DNA of 64,000 nt from Kudoa neothunni (GCA_964304625.1 OZ199840.1:1522917-1586916); one strand, 5' to 3'; numbered from the stretch's first letter, positions 12,596-25,950 are shown. Notes: a model not told the origin generated them from the letters alone. Numbers and translations: made by a program.

Positions 12596-14058
12596 TTAGC
12601 TCTCATCTGTATTATTATCAACAGTAACGTCCCCGTCTTCCTTATAGATCTCTCCACATATTGCCAGACATTGTTCACTTGTTCTAAAATTATTCGAGTT
12701 TCCGCCATATCCTTTAAAATAAAATGCCTTGCATTTTTTCTTATCTTTAATATAATAATATCTCTTGGCTTTAAAATTCCCATCAGTCCATTCTCCCTGT
12801 TTTCCTAATGTACAAGTTTCTTCGACCTTTATTTCTTTTTTGTAACCTCCTAAATTATTTTTAATTACATTTAAACCAATAAAATTTTTAGCCTTATTTA
12901 GTCTGAATTTAATATTCTATAGAAAGTAAATAAGTTTGTACCTGCACCGCAATAACTGTGACACATTTCCATAGTGGGGAAACTATTCTCTGATTTAACG
13001 AAATCGGCCTGACCGCTTGGAACTGGACCGGTTTCCATGCGTTTACATACGTTATTTGTAGTATCGTAATAATATCTGAATATGGTATTTTCAGAAGTGC
13101 CATCTTCAGTTATAGATGTTTGTGAGGGATTACCTCCACATGCAGGAACTTTCTTGTTTTCATCAGTTATGCCATTGCCATTAGCGGCGGTACTTGGATT
13201 TGCTATAGAAATAAAATTTGTAGCATTTAATAATAAGAATACGAAAACATGTTTCGACGCATTCTGAAAACGTGTTAAATGTTCCTCTAGTATTTGAATC
13301 TATTGAGGCCGCAGCAAAAGCACATTTATTGTTCTTGACATCAGCTATAATTGCGGTGCTTGGATCTTTATCTTTAACGTCGGGTCTTAGTGTACAGTCC
13401 AAGGAATTCGGGGACAAATATTTTTGTTTATCGCTGAGTAATTTTATTTTAGAATTATCAGCGTTTGTTAGTCCTCCATTCTTTTTATCTAATCAGGAGT
13501 GTTATTCGAGTGTGAATCTTTTTAATATCTCACTGAAGCAATATAAATAACATTTTTCTTCATTTTCATATCTGTTAAAACTTCCACCACAGCCATTATA
13601 GTGAAACTGTTCGCACTTAGCCGTAGTCTGATCAAAGTAGTACTGGATATAAGTATTCGTATTTTTAACGCAATGACCAGGATGCATTGGTTTTTTGCAT
13701 CCTTGGAGTTTTTCCCTTTGAGTCAACTTACCTTGAGAGAAGTTTCTTAATAAACCTAATTTAAATGACATACCATGCATTTCACAAAGTCCTTTGGACG
13801 CAAAATTGTTATAATTTCCTTTGATTCCTCGGTATTCCAGAGGTTTACATTTAGAATCATTGATGTCAATAAACCAACGGTCGATGACATTGTTCATGTT
13901 TTTCTCCACATCAATAGGCCAGTCTCCTTCATCTCTCTCATAAGACGGTAATATTGGATCTAGTGAATAACTAGAATAATTTCTCAAATATGGTCTTTAC
14001 CGGTTAGACAATATGATATTGATAGAATTAATATTATTTTGCTGAAAAGAATTCTCAT
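12596..14058 (-). CDS. Penta-Kunitz secreted protein, subfamily A, complete (400 aa, 6 exons)
   Basis: Exons 14058-14001, 13959-13774, 13731-13534, 13488-13243, 13202-12942, 12849-12596 total 1203 nt and are open. All introns are GT-AG, phase 1. Signal-like N-terminus MRILFSKIILILSISYCLT. Canonical Kunitz domain 2: CKKPMHPGHC..YYFDQTTAKCEQFHYNGCGGSFNRYENEEKCYLYC. Confidence 0.92.
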
Positions 14059-14267
14059 ATTGTATCCTCAAATATTCGAAAAAAATCGGAACTAATAATA
14101 ACCATTGACATATGAATTTAACAAATCTTTTTAACGCATAAATAAGATTATGGACAAATCAATAAGTTTTGTGTACTATATACATATATTATTGATTAAT
14201 ATAATTGTATTATCAATGTCACAAAATTTTAAGTATCAAGAAATATTTAGGTCTCATTATTTGGGGA

Positions 14268-16654
14268 ACGACTGCGCAATATCTGGTTCACGTTGCGCTG
14301 AGAATTTTTATCAGAAATTAAACACTGACATCAGTTCACAACACATACATATTCATCATTAATGACGCCCTCTCCTTCCCTTTATAGAATTACTCGCGAA
14401 TCTGACTCGTAAAGCCAGCGAACATACGCTTAGCTTAAAATCTTGAAATTCTCTAAGCCTCGTCACTTTGAATATAAACTTTCCCACTTTCATCCGTTTT
14501 GTAAATCACCGCCCTGTGGCATAAGCGACAAAACTTAAACTTATATATATAAAAAAAAATTTTTTTTAAATTTTGATTTTTTTAAAACCAATGTACTCAC
14601 ATGTTCTCCAGAACAACTTTTGACAAAATTGTTTTGCTTTTATACGAAAATAAGTATTACAGACGTAAATTGATCTTTTCAATTTACGCATTGGCAAGTA
14701 AGATTAGTCTTCTTTAAATTAATATATATTATAATTATTTATTTACTTCTCTCAATAAATATATCAGATAACTAAATTCAACGTTTAATTGGATCAATAT
14801 GGAATCGACAATTTCCATTTAATGATGCGCCTGAGATACGTAACGATTGTACTCAGATAACGAGTTTCTTATTTTTATCAACAGAATGTAATAATTCAAT
14901 TGAACCTGAATTATCGTAAATATTTTGATAGGATAACAAATGTAAATTTTTTCAAGAAAATATGAAAGATCTAATCATCCAATTGCAATACATTTCTACA
15001 TATCAAGCATTTAACAAAAATAATCAAAGGAAAAATTTGAATTCCCTAAAGCTAATTCGTTTAAGTTGCTTTAATATTTCTCTGAATTCATCCGTCCTCT
15101 CAACCAAATATTTCTTCCTGAAAATATACTCGTCAAAGTAACTAAAATATATTAAATACTCCTTTATATAAAACTACTTTACCTTTGATAAAGATATTTT
15201 CTTGTCCCATTTTTTTGTAAAGAAATCTTTATCTGATGCCAGCAGCACTCAATAGTGTTGGTACGTGAGCCATCAAGTGCCACTTAGGTTTCACTATGAT
15301 TAACTACCCTATGCTAGCAACCAAGAGACGGAAGTATCTTGCAGACTTTAACAGCATCAGTTATGATAGTTGTGCCTAATATATTGGATTTAAGATTGAT
15401 TTATATCCCCATTAACCTGGCAAAATATATTTTTTGATTAACGGAACCGAAACTTTATGATTTCTCTGTTTAACGGACATAAAAAACATATTGTTGGAAT
15501 CTCTTTCAATTCCCCCCAAAACCCATTGACCCATTACTTCACATCCTCTGTTATATTCGCGCTTTCCAAATTCGCTCTCGTCAATTTCTGATATTTTTCC
15601 AAGACCCAAACTTTACGTTATATAAAAAATATAGTTAGATTTTACCTCTGATTGGTTTGCAATCCATAAGCAGAATTTCGGAAAAAATAAAACGAAATTC
15701 CTTTTTCAGGTCAATAATCGTATAATCAGGATATATTTCTAGATCATTTTTTATGAAATTATAGGGCATTTATTTACCCAATAATTAATGAGAAGGAGTA
15801 TTTTCTGAGTGAAAATATAATAATTTAACCATTATATTACTTGCTTTTATTTTCAAATTAGAAAAGGAGAAAATTAAATGGTTTGTTATGGAGATGGCTT
15901 TACGGCAGTATTTATTTATACATTTGTCATCTTAAATGATGCATCTATCTGTAGGCTCACTTTGCCAATTTTGCATGTGTTACATGCACCTTCAAACTTA
16001 TTAAGAAGTCCCTTTTCGAATAAAAAATCCATCATTCTCTGTTTATTCAAGCATAATTTTGAAATTCTATTTGTGTCAAACTCCTTAACCATCTCGAATT
16101 TGTAACCGCGTGAAAACCGTCTTGGAGTAAACAAACCCGACATTTATTAAGTAACCATAACGTAAATTATTAATATGTAATCCAATATTAAATATGTTTG
16201 ACGTCAATTTTTCTTTTAAATCGTAATAGAAATAATTCGTAATGTTTGTTTTTAGAGGTTTAAAACTAGTAAACATAAGCTTATTATGCATTAATTCTTT
16301 GATTTTGCTAAATATAATCTTATAAAAGTTATAACATTATTAATATTTTTAAAAAATAAGAGTTTATGATTAATTTATTCATTACAAGAACATGCATTTC
16401 TCAAATAAACTAGACCAAACATAACAATATACGAGATATGATATGCGTACTCTATATAATTAACATTTCCAGCAGTAATTTTTAAACATATATACCTACG
16501 AAAATTATAAAAACTAAAAATATGACTCTACTTTTAAAATAGATATCCGTAATGTAAGTTTTATTTTAACAATTTATGGGTTTTAATATTAATCCAACGT
16601 GAGTTTCAAATATGTTTGACGCGTGCTCAGCACGAATCAGAAATTGTGCAGTCG
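14268..16654 (-). mobile_element. Merlin superfamily DNA transposon (decayed)
   Basis: Imperfect inverted repeats CGACTGCGCAATATCTGGTTC (about 14269) and CGACTGCACAATTTCTGATTC (reverse complement, ending about 16654) enclose the transposase relic. Exact ends and TSD not resolved. Confidence 0.6.
15024..16143 (-). pseudogene. Merlin/ISXO2-like DDE transposase pseudogene with four short introns
   Basis: Motifs CNTC..CRKAIS; KILLLINYW; GLGKISEIDESEFGKREYNRG..QWVLGGIER; ILPG/TTIITD; VNHSE..TNTIECCW; GTRKYLYQS/YFDEYIFR. In-frame stops present. Putative introns 15805-15844, 15606-15645, 15376-15416, 15142-15182. Confidence 0.85.
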
Positions 16655-16699
16655 AGTCGTTTTATTTTTCTTAAAATTACACCAAACAAGCACATGTAG

Positions 16700-19068
16700 C
16701 ATTTTTGAAACATTCTACATCTAATTTAACAGATTTACCTAGTATATAGGGAGCAAATGTTTATTCTAATTGACTATTACTCCGAAAAAAAAACAATTAT
16801 TAAATACTATACAGGTGCTTTTTAATCTGCTATTTGAGTAAACGACCAGAGAATACCTTACTTCTGATTGCGGTTATGATTATATTTATAATTCTAGGTA
16901 AATAAATGATTTTTATTAATGGTGTCATCTATTCAAATGCAAACTAAAAGCTATACAGTAGGTAACCGGTTTCACGCACTTCTTCAGGGACCGGAGAAAA
17001 AGTGCATAAAATTGGTCACATCCGGTTCTTCATACCTTTTATGAGCACGCACATCAAATGGAAATATATTGTTTATTGCCGCCTATTCACTCAAAAATTT
17101 TTTTATTATTTAATAATGGAGGATAAATATAATATGCTTAAATAAAAAATCAAAAAAAATATGTTCGTGAAAAATATTTTGTAATTTTAGTTTGTTTCAT
17201 ATTGTTTGAGAGAATCTTAAATATCGATTCCTCTGCTTCATTCAAAATAATATTTTGATTATTATCATGCGACCCATAAAATGATTTTAACTCCTTCAAA
17301 TATTCTAAAACCATTTTGAAGGTAATAATTTTGTTGGGATGTTCTTCCATATCGTGTGTCCCATCCATGTCAAATTGTTCTGCATCATCAGCGTTACAAT
17401 CTTTAAAAACATAATTAAAATAAAATGATCAAATATCTCACTCGTGTTTAGTATTTGATCATTTTTGTCGGAAAAGTCAAAATCATTATAATTAAGAGCT
17501 ACGTATGATTTCTCTTCTTTTATTATTTCGGTCATTCCATTAGCAACCAAATCATCAGCAACTTTTTCACAATTTTCGACTAATAAATTATCCTGAGTTG
17601 AGGCAGATCTTAACGAGGAAAATCCAGCATTTATGAAACAATTTGTGATTGTATTTTTAGAAACGCTTTGCTAGGCAGTTTTAATTAATCCTATTGCTTC
17701 TAAAACGTTTGAAGGAGTTAACTCTATTCCCATTTTAGCACAATAAATGAATCGTTCTATCATCGACTTTTTGTAGCACGATTAAAAGGAATGGATGGCG
17801 CCTTGACCTAGCGGCTGCAAAACGTTAGTGGTGTTTTAGGGGAAAAATATTAATTTTACGTTGGAAAAATCTATTTGAAAATGGGAGGTCGCGCTGTCTA
17901 AAAACTGGAAAACCATTTTGTTTAGTCTAATCAAGTCATCATTAATTTTCGAAATGTATCTCAAGAAAATATCACGAGTCATCCAAGCCATTTTGTTGAA
18001 TTCGAATAAAAGCGGTAACTTCTTAATATTCTTGAAGAAACGTTGTTTGTTATTCAGTCCGATTAGATTACTAATGGATCTAGTTTTTCTCCACTTAACG
18101 AAGCTCCCAATAAAACAGTCAAACGCTTTTTTTTTGATTTTGTAGTCCCTCTCATATTACTCTCGGATGAATGAACACAACTGTTAGCTTAAAAACCCAT
18201 ACAAAATAAATTGGGAAGTATTTACCACGCAGTTGTTGATATAGCAAACCCGTCTCATCAATGTTGTAAATGCAATCCTCTGAATATACAACATAAAGAG
18301 CTCCAATTTTACACATCCATTCTGCTGTAGTTTTAGGATCAACGTCGCCAGATTCACCGTGATAATTAATTTTTTTAATATTATATTTTTTTTAACAACA
18401 AAACCATCCACGCGTTGCAGTTGATGACAAATTTTTACGATTGGCAAACTCATTTCTTTTATCTTTGATATTCGCAGCGTTAAATTCGATCTTTTTGCTT
18501 CTTGTGTAACAGATCCAGTCGTACACCTCTTGATCAATATGATTATCTGAACTATTATTCAAATATTTTCTGTTTCTAGAAAGTAGACCTCCTTAATAAA
18601 CTTTCCTAATGTATTATCTTATTTTTAAAATTCCTTGAGAGTCTTAATTGAGGATAATTTAACATGCTTGTTGGTTGCGGCTTGCGCACCTTTGGGCAGT
18701 GAATTATCATAATATTTAATTATATTATACGTTTCTATTAAAGTTCGAATTAGCAATGCTTTTCTGGCCATCAAATAAAAAACAACAAAATTATCAACAA
18801 ACTCAAGTCCAAAAAAGTGCGTGAACCGGCCGATCACGTGACACCTGAGTACGTTATTTTACAACTTTATTTTTCATTAAAAATTGATAAAATTGTTTAT
18901 AAAAAATTATTATTGAATCAATATTTGGTCTCAGTCAAAATAAGTAGCTTATAAAAAGTGCGTGAAACCGATTACCTACTGTATTTAAAAAAAGTTTCTC
19001 CATGACATATGCGTATTGCTGTAAACACACACATACTGACAGATATAAGAACTATATATAATAGTAGA
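16700..19068 (-). repeat. Helitron-like repeat copy interrupted by the Tigger element
   Basis: The sequence on both sides of 16956-18981 joins into the reverse complement of the repeat at 30600-30930, which shows the empty site. The 5' end reads A|TCTACTATTATATATAG..TGTGTGTG. Confidence 0.55.
16956..18981 (-). mobile_element. pogo/Tigger DNA transposon with decayed DDE_1 transposase
   Basis: 26-bp TIRs CAGTAGGTAA(C/T)CGGTTTCACGCACTT with one mismatch; TA on both sides. Minus-strand relics NIDETGLL, MAWMT, FLDSATSH, NTTNVLQPLGQG. A further end of this TIR family lies at about 3290-3318. Confidence 0.9.
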
Positions 19069-22000
19069 TTTATTTGAGTCCAATATTTGCACACAGAATT
19101 CTTATGATTTTTTATTGGACTGAACACTAGTATAGGTCCCTAATCTCTCGAATGCGGCGCTTCGTCCTCAGTCATGGAAAAAACGTATTTTTCTTCCGTT
19201 TAGAAAATTTCCCGACATTTTTTTAATGAAGTGAGGATCACCTCATAGTTGTTTTACATATAGTTAAACAAAACGGTAATAAAGAAGCGTGTGGCTCCCC
19301 AATTTTAGCGTTTTCTTCGTCAGAAATGATCTAAAATAATCTTATTTGCTCTCATCATCTGTAACAAACTAAAATTTCTCAAAAAATTTTGAAAACAAAT
19401 TTTTCGTCTAGTCACGTACATGACGACGTAATAAACACTCTAATCCTGATTATGTATTTGAAGATTAGAGACCTATCTAAACAAGATCTGAATTGTTTCC
19501 ATAATTTTTAGACAGCTTTTTAATTAATTCAAGACAAGAAGTTACCTCAACAAATGAAAAATTTATACAAATTGGGAATGCGCGCAAACCGCCAGATTAA
19601 TGAAGTATTATCGAATTAACTTTCGTAAATATCTAATCAGTTTTAATTTGACGAAAACATATTTTTTCCTATTAATAATATATGAATTTTAATTATTAAA
19701 GGATGTTAAAATATATATTAGATAGAATTACAAATTAGCTATACATTATTTAAGAAATAATTATCTCTCGATTTTTATGTGTATAATTTTTAGTTTATAC
19801 AATTTTTTTTCTTAAATGGAAGTCTTATAAGTTTTTAGGAACATTATAAAAATTCTACGGCGAAAAAATTCTCGTGCATTGAGTAAAACAAAAAATATTT
19901 CTTTTGGGGTATGTAAATACCCCACCCCGGGCAGTAAGGGTTAATAAACAGCTATATTCATTTATTCCATCTAGTTGTTATACTTATTGTATTTATTTAA
20001 TAAAAATTAGGTGATGGGATTTCTACCATTTCTAAATTACCATTAAATGTTTACATCGCTCTATAAACTCTTATCCATGTTATTAGTATATTAATGGGTA
20101 TAATGTCTTAAATAAATAACACTATGTTATAACATTTTCAAGGAGATAACGATAATAATAGATCATCTAATTCACTTTCAACGTGAACTTTAAGCATGAG
20201 ATCCCAAGCCTTCGATGATTACAATCTTCCACGCGGCGCGATAATACGTGTGTGCAACTGTAGGTAAAAATTTGATCTTAGATTATTAAGCAAGGGTACC
20301 CTTTACCAATTACTTAAATTATAAATTATAATTATTCGAATATGCAGAATATAAAACATATTTTTAGTAAAAAATAAACATATTTTAAGGCTGGTGACGG
20401 ATTTGTTGACTCTTCTTTTTGATTAAAAGTAAAAATTCGATGTATGCCGTCCTTCATCAGATTGTTTGTTGAAATCTTTTCTAAAGGATAAATTCTGGAT
20501 AACTACTATATTCGAACAGAGTTCATCGGCGCGAACCCAAAAATTGCATTTATCACGCTTCTAATATTGCTCTAACGACTTGTAATAAAAATTAATGTCA
20601 TTAGCTTTCTTTATAATATTTATTATTTTGATATTAATTCGTAACAACTGCATTTAAATGAAGTAACGAGCATATCGATTATTAAAAGTAAAATGTTTAA
20701 CTCAGTACATACACTTTTTTCTTCATGACTTTATAATTATCAATTACAGACTATAATTAAGGAATCCATAACGTTTGAGACCTCTCATTTAATTCAATAT
20801 GCGAAAAAATTCAATCTATCGAAATTGTGGTCGCAAATGGCCCCAGTTGGTCTCACGAGAGTTAACCGCAAAATAATTTTATATAAAGAATTATTTAAAA
20901 TATTTTAGCTACATTGAAGAGTATGTATTGAGGAAGAAATATTTGGTTGGAATGGCAGAATAATTTACAGAGTCATTACTACAACTAAAAATACGTAGAT
21001 TCTAATAATTAGAATTTTCTTTACTATTGTTATTAAATTCGTGACGTGTAAAATTTATTGCAATTGGAAGTTTGCCTTTTTATTATTCATCTAATGATAT
21101 ACAATTGTCAACCTATCAAAATATTTGCGATATTTCTTTTTAACTTACATTATCAGATTTTATTGATTAACGTATGAAATTCAACATCCAAATCCAATTG
21201 TGGCTTATCTTTTACGCATCCCCAAATTATAAATTGTTGTTTCTTCACTAATCCAATTAAAACCTGAATGTGTTTCTCAAATATATTTATTGGAAGAATT
21301 ATTAACTCAATAATATCTAATCATAGAGATGATTTTTACTTTTCGATAGGTAAATTGAAAAGATCGATTAATTAATTGTAAATTTATCTTCGAATAAAAA
21401 CAAAACTACGTTTCCAAAGAATTGTTCTGAGTAAAATAATGAGTAATTTATTTCATAATAAATCAAAATTAAATTATATATGGTAAAATTTTGACGTGAT
21501 TGCCTCCAGATGGTTGTTAACTATGCAGAAGAGGGCAGGGATTTATTCAAGATAAGGTGTGTAATAAATTGAGGTTCTAGCCGTAGTTTCGGCCTAAATT
21601 TGCCAAATTATGATGTAGGATGTATAAAATGATTGAAAAAGGGGATGCTAAAGATAACGAAAGTGATGATCATATATAAAACTAAGGTTCGTGAGTTTAT
21701 TCAAAAAATAAATTTTAACGTACGCGAATTACAAATCAGAGATGGTACAGACGTTTTAAATTTTAATTATATGAAGTCCTATTTTATCGACACGTAAATT
21801 TTAGTACCATCTGACCTTAAAAAATATATATTTATCACTTCTTATTGAATAAGATAGAAATACTATATAAACCTTCTTAAACTAATTACTTCTCTAAAAG
21901 ATAATAATTATTTTGAAATTAATAACCTATTTTCTGATGCGATGTGGAAATAATACGAAGAAAAGTGACGAATGAATATTTCGTAAATTCTTAAATATTT

Positions 22001-22426
22001 GTGTTCAAATAGTTATCATTTGAATACTAAATTAATTTAATAATAAGCGTTAATAAATAAAGTTCAATTACTTTAATAATTTATATATCAAAAGTCAAAC
22101 TAATAATATTATAACTATAATATTGTATGCTACGATAAATAGAAATTAATAAACGTTTTTGACTGAATAATTATGAATAAAAAAATTAGATTGATAGAAT
22201 GACATCGAGTTTAATAATTTAATATTAAATTTTTATTATTTTATGACAGAAATAATATAATATTAATAGACTATTATTTGAAATAGAAAATAACAAGAGG
22301 AAAAATAAAAAGCATAATTAAAAAATCTTTTTTGAGCATATTGCCAAGAGTTAAAGAACGCACCAAAAACGAAACGCACAGACTAAGTCAGAAGATCAAT
22401 GTCAACAATATTGTGTGAACTTAAAC

Positions 22427-23386
22427 CTACTCCGGTTTGATCGAATGAAGCATATGTCGTTGGAAGTTTTCAATATCCAAAGAATCGACGAGAAAAATAT
22501 GTCCATTTTCATCGTATCTAAATTCAGTGTGTCCAACGATTTCCCCCTCCGTATGTATTTTCTCGTCAACACAAACTCTTCCTGTAATTTCATAATCAGG
22601 ATATATAGTGACAAACAATGCATAGGGGTCATAAGTAGTATAGGTAAACGCATTCGTCGTAGCAGATATTGATTGGACGCATTTTTTAATATAGAAGGCT
22701 TTCTTGTTGTTTGGATCTTCAGCGTACGGACTGTTATAGTATAATTCTATATAAGGACCACTGAAGAGATGGCGTTGGCAGAATGTTAGATCGATTAGTT
22801 TTATTTTGTTTTTGTTAGACAATCTGAAGTTGCTCAATACAATTTTCCATGCAATGGGATCATACCAACAGTTAAATTCGGCATAGGTTAAGGAATTTCC
22901 CACGACTATTCGATTACGATCTCCACCCATAACACTGAATGAAGCCAATTTTTCAGCAAACGAGTTATCATAAAGATAGGCAATCGCAAGATTTGTTAGC
23001 GGGCCAATAGCAACCAAATGGATTTCTCCAGGATATTGGTTAACATAATGGACGAGTGCTGCGGTGCTGCCCATGGTTGGTTCCGATTGTTTATCTTCAT
23101 ATTTCAAATCTATATCGCACAGACCATCCAATCTGTGAGAAGAATCGTATCTTGTTTCGCGGCTCATAAGATTCACATTGGTGCCACGATACACTGGGAT
23201 ATCATTTCGACCGCAGATGTAAATTATTTTTTTTGCGTTGAGAAATGTTTGGTCGGCAGTTAAGTTCCCCAAGCACGTAGTGATGGCCACGATCTCAACA
23301 TGTTTTGCACTAATTGCCAGCAGCATCGCTTGCATATCGTCAAATCCAGGGTCACAATCGATAATAATCTTCATTTTATTAGCCAT
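22427..23386 (-). CDS. Nucleoside hydrolase (IU_nuc_hydro family), intronless, 319 aa
   Basis: N-terminal DCDPGFDD (DXDXXXDD Ca2+-binding motif), TCLGN, HRLDGL, IGPLTNLA, MGG, AEFN, YDP. No signal peptide. Confidence 0.95.
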   Translation of the reverse strand: MANKMKIIIDCDPGFDDMQAMLLAISAKHVEIVAITTCLGNLTADQTFLNAKKIIYICGRNDIPVYRGTNVNLMSRETRYDSSHRLDGLCDIDLKYEDKQSEPTMGSTAALVHYVNQYPGEIHLVAIGPLTNLAIAYLYDNSFAEKLASFSVMGGDRNRIVVGNSLTYAEFNCWYDPIAWKIVLSNFRLSNKNKIKLIDLTFCQRHLFSGPYIELYYNSPYAEDPNNKKAFYIKKCVQSISATTNAFTYTTYDPYALFVTIYPDYEITGRVCVDEKIHTEGEIVGHTEFRYDENGHIFLVDSLDIENFQRHMLHSIKPE

Positions 23387-25950
23387 TTAAAGTATCTAGT
23401 TTCCAAAATCCAAATGGATAAACGTGCCGAATTATTATTATATCCTCCAAGAGATAACCCTATCCTCAAAGTGTTAATCATAATAAATTAGGCTTGGTAA
23501 ATCCATATTCAGAGATCAATCAGGTGAGATTTTTCGAGCGATTACTCAAAGTTTTTACAACGTCGTTTGTTAACTATAGTCACATTCCTCTATAATATAA
23601 TTACTCGTTCACAAAATATATTTGAATAATTAAATCAATATTCAGTTATATTAATTAAATTTATCAAAAATTTTGAACTGGACTTGATTGTTTACAAGTT
23701 CTTATCCTTAGCGCAAATTTTCAACAAAAATTTAAATATAAATTTACTAATATTTAAAACATATAAATGTTTATTATTAAAATTAATTGTATTATCAGAT
23801 TGATCTAACAAGATTTAAATAGAGTATAATGCTATTTTGAGTAATGTTACCTTGAATAGCTACATCAAATTTAAACGAAGAAAATTAAGATCGATAAATA
23901 CTTAAGATGAATATATAACGGAACCAATATCATTTGTTTTTAAGCAATTAGACATTAATTTTTAAAATATTTAATTAATATTTACAAATGCGTTATATTT
24001 ATAGTAGTAAGAGGATTAAAACCAAAGTAAGAAATGGTATCCATTTAGGAGTTATGACTGATACGTCTATATAAACGTTACAGTTAAATAAACCATCTTA
24101 ATGAGAACTGGATTATAAATTAACACTCATAATATAAACGAACGTTCGCATTATTTACACATGTAATATTTTTCGTAACTATCGATAACATTAACCTACT
24201 AATAGAAAATCTATCTGAATCTAATGAACGTATTGTTTCTTCTTGTTGTAAAAATATTTAAATATTTCAAAGAAATCTAAAATTAAGTCATAGTTATTTT
24301 TCTTTCTATTTAATTACCTCGTATTGTGATTTAATTTAGGCACTAAATTGAGGTCTATTATTTTCACTTTTATTATAGATATATAATATTTAAATTACTA
24401 TTCGAAAAATATAATTACCACGTAATAAAAATAAAGAAAATTTATAAGTCAGGATATTTTAAATTATTTAATATCACATGAACAGTTATTTTTATCATTT
24501 TTAATTAAAAAGTTATCGTTGTTTTTATTAATTTTTGATTTTATTGTGATTGGATGATTCCTAAAATTTTGCTTAACTGTTGGAAATAGAAATAGCTGGG
24601 TTGCATAAAATACGCATCCTCTTTTAACAATATATGTAAAGAAATTGATTTATAGTATAATTTTTATATTTTAATATTAAATGAAGAATGATAGATATTA
24701 GTTGTAACATACATTTATTTTCATAATTTTAGCCTTACCTTCAAATAAACTGAAAAATAAAGAATATAGATAGCATAATAAATTTAGTTTAATCGTTTAT
24801 AAATTATAATATATTTATAGTCTTCTTATATTGTGTACACGAATGATTTATGAATTAGTCGCGAGAAGCTATCCACGACAAATACAAACAATGTTATATC
24901 TTAACTAAATTAAAGCTTTAAATCATCTTAAGATATAAACCCATTATGGATATATAGATATCTGGTTTCATTCGCGCACCCGGTACCCTCAAGCTCCAGG
25001 AACCCACACATCCGAAAAAGTTGTTTTATAGATTGATTAAATTATTTAGGATTATAATTCTCAAAATCGCCGATGAACTCGAGCACACATAATAAAAGAG
25101 AGTTTATCATTAAAATCTTCACTCCTTTTCGATACTTTCAAGCAAAAGATTTACCTTTTGAAGTATATTTTGCTTTACATTGACTATTTATCTTCAATTT
25201 GTAGATTTTTTTAGTATAGTTATTAGTTATGGCTTAAAATTAAGAACTAATGTTTTTCTAACTTTTAAATTAATATAAATAAAATAATTTGTAGAATTGA
25301 CGTGAAATCTCATAATAGACATCATTCAAAAATGAAATTTCGCGTAGTTTACCCGACAAATGGGCTTGTGGAGCCAGATGTTATCGCTTAAAAGTTAATG
25401 ACTAGACGATTTTTTATTTTTAATTATATTTTATTATCCAAGAATTTAAATTAAGGAAAATAATACATTTTTAAACTCTTATCAATATAAAATATAATAA
25501 ATAAGAATATTAGTAAATTATTTTCGTTTATAATTAGAAGTGGTGAATCGATAAAAGTAAAATTTTTAATGTTTGACCTACCTGGACAGTATAGTCACTC
25601 GATAACCATATCTTACAGCTTTTTATACTACAATACATTAGAATACAAATACCCAGATCAGATGGATTAGATAAATTTTTTCGATGCTTAGATATAAAGA
25701 TAACGAAGAATTAAGTGACAATTTTAAAATACTAAAGGGGGATTGAGCTCGAAATAAAAACATATCGCTAATAGAAAGGACAAAACCTAAGAAAATCACA
25801 ATGGATCAATACAAAAAATAATAAAAACTTTTTTACATTCGATATATGTTACCCTTAGTATTATTTTACTTTACGAAAACTCTGACACCGAAAAGCTGAC
25901 AAAGATGCAGCATAAACGAATATGACGCATAAGCTTGCGCATCTTGTAAA

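Noticed and set aside
15240-15340. In-frame TAA/TAG within transposase motifs, suggesting stop-codon reassignment
   Set aside because: They are confined to decayed TEs. Intact genes end in TAA, TAG or TGA and have no internal stops after splicing.
19133-20866. Short inverted repeat (19133-19475) and solo piggyBac-like ends at about 19940 and 20862 (also about 2870)
   Set aside because: Probably TE debris, but no partner ends or TSDs could be established, so they are not annotated.
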